From assembly GCA_964569815.1 (NCBI GenBank), contig CAZMUN010000002.1, positions 2,701 to 66,700 of the forward strand: a DNA stretch of 64,000 bases, read 5' to 3'. This document shows positions 62,884 through 64,000 of this stretch, one piece after another. Both the position numbers and the translations under genes were made by a program. The notes under the pieces were generated by a model. That model saw only the letters and a list, made by a program, of their open reading frames with translations. It had not been told where the DNA came from and ran no database searches. The DNA is from an uncultured archaeon (GTDB taxonomy: Archaea; Iainarchaeota; Iainarchaeia; Iainarchaeales; GCA-2688035). Position 1 is the first letter of the stretch; each line of letters starts with the position of its first letter.

Positions 62884-64000
62884 AGGAAAAGCTCCCGGTT
62901 GCGGCTTTTTTTCTCCTTGTTTTAGGGAATTGTTTTGGACAGGAAATAGAAAACCCTTTGACAGCCCAGTCTGTTAGGGCAAAGGTCGCAATTTCAGGCC
63001 AAGGAAACCTTTCAGGGGACCTCCACGGCGGAACCGCGTCCCTGGAAATAGTTTCATTCAAGGAAAGCGAAAACCAGTCAGTCCTAACAATAAGCGAAAC
63101 CCTTTACATGAATGGAAAAACCATTCAGGCCACAACAAAAGAAGACGAGTTTGGAAACAGGTACGCTGTCTTTGAGCTGGACGGCACAGGCTCTTTTGAA
63201 TACGAAATCAGGGCCGTTATTGAAACAGATTCAAAGCTGGAAGGCATTCAAGAAGAGGATTTAAGCCAAGGCATAAGCGAATTCCACGAGTTTACGGAGC
63301 CAACGAAAAACGTTGAATCAAACAGGGAAGAGATAAGGACTCTTGCACTAAACAAGTTTGAATCAAAAAGCTTTGTTGAAACCCTTCGCGACATAATTGA
63401 ATGGACACACCAATACATAGAATACGATTTGTCTTATTACCCGGAAACCTACAGCGCAATAGAAACCCTGAACTCAAAAAAAGGCGTCTGCGACGAGTTC
63501 GCAGTACTGTCTGCAGCAATGTTCCGCGCAAAAGAAATTCCAACAAAGTTTTCTTTAGGCGTAGTGTACAGCGGAAACAGCTGGGGAAACCACGCCTGGA
63601 TCCAAACATACACTCCAAAAAATGGGTGGATTGAATCAGACTCAACTTATGGAGAGGCAGGCTACATAGACGGAATGCACTTCCTCAGGGCAGCTTTCCC
63701 AGACCCTGAATCAAACAAGTCAAAGCTCACAGTAAAAAGCGTTAACCCAAACGATTTCACTTCAACTGTGACAGAAAACGAGCCACAGGTCGAAATACAG
63801 AACATTGAAAGGTTTTCAGGAATCCTTAAAGCAAGCCCAAAGGACATCACTTTTCCAGCCAACCAATGGTTTGACCTCCGCGTCGAAATAGAAAACCTTA
63901 CAGACAAAACAGCGATAAGCCCTGTAAGCCTGCAGCGCGTGGAAAACCTGCATATAGAGGAAAGGGAAAAAATACTGGTCTTTGGGCCAAAAGAGGAAAA
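62880..64000 (+). CDS. Secreted transglutaminase-like (papain-fold Cys-His-Asp) domain protein, 3' end outside the window; probable TTG start
   Basis: Open frame from 62814 to the window end. LKEKLPVAAFFLLVLGNCFG|QE is signal-peptide-like. Core KKGVCDEFAVLSAAMFRAKEIPTKFSLGVVY...WGNHAWIQTY is the transglutaminase-core signature. First in-frame ATG only at 63108. Confidence 0.55.
   Translation, partial: MKEKLPVAAFFLLVLGNCFGQEIENPLTAQSVRAKVAISGQGNLSGDLHGGTASLEIVSFKESENQSVLTISETLYMNGKTIQATTKEDEFGNRYAVFELDGTGSFEYEIRAVIETDSKLEGIQEEDLSQGISEFHEFTEPTKNVESNREEIRTLALNKFESKSFVETLRDIIEWTHQYIEYDLSYYPETYSAIETLNSKKGVCDEFAVLSAAMFRAKEIPTKFSLGVVYSGNSWGNHAWIQTYTPKNGWIESDSTYGEAGYIDGMHFLRAAFPDPESNKSKLTVKSVNPNDFTSTVTENEPQVEIQNIERFSGILKASPKDITFPANQWFDLRVEIENLTDKTAISPVSLQRVENLHIEEREKILVFGPKEE

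Noticed and set aside
1-64000. CRISPR arrays, rRNA genes, transposases or integrases
   Set aside because: No regularly spaced direct repeats, no rRNA-like conserved blocks, and no DDE or tyrosine-recombinase motifs were seen in any frame.

Overview
This 64 kb window is dense, compact archaeal chromosome sequence. The proteins are lysine-rich and genes often overlap by a few bases, which suggests (inference) a small-genome, possibly DPANN-like archaeon. Archaeal markers are plentiful: RpoK, S17e, aEF-1beta, Pelota with ABCE1, an archaeal DnaG-type primase, Hjc, Elp3, a class I CCA-adding enzyme, Pth2, HerA with NurA, a Rad50-like ATPase (SMC/SbcC family), an RFC small subunit and topoisomerase I.

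The most striking feature is a large type IV pilus-like (class III signal peptide) system. It comprises a FlaI/VirB11-family ATPase, two separate T2SSF platform proteins, a PibD/FlaK-like prepilin peptidase and at least nine small pilin-like genes in two blocks (22401-25203 and 28743-30467). These include two paralogous cysteine-rich pilins and a 57-aa pilin ORF that is missing from the ORF track.

Other notable items:
- A Cdc48 AAA ATPase interrupted by a ~493-aa LAGLIDADG intein.
- A NurA/Zn-ribbon/HerA operon with a Rad50-like gene nearby but no recognisable Mre11, plus an adjacent unknown 501-aa Cys-motif protein.
- An ArsR/IscS/IscU/Pth2 operon with a candidate palindromic operator.
- Paralogous secreted Cys-rich proteins flanking tRNA-Val, one with a possible H-type-lectin-like C-terminus, and a secreted transglutaminase-like protein running off the window end.
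- A short duplication of the nreA 5' end that creates an upstream mini-ORF.
- tRNA-Arg(TCG) and tRNA-Val(TAC) were identified by hand folding.

I saw no CRISPR array, rRNA, transposase or reverse transcriptase. All functional calls are based on motif recognition by eye, and no database searches were run.
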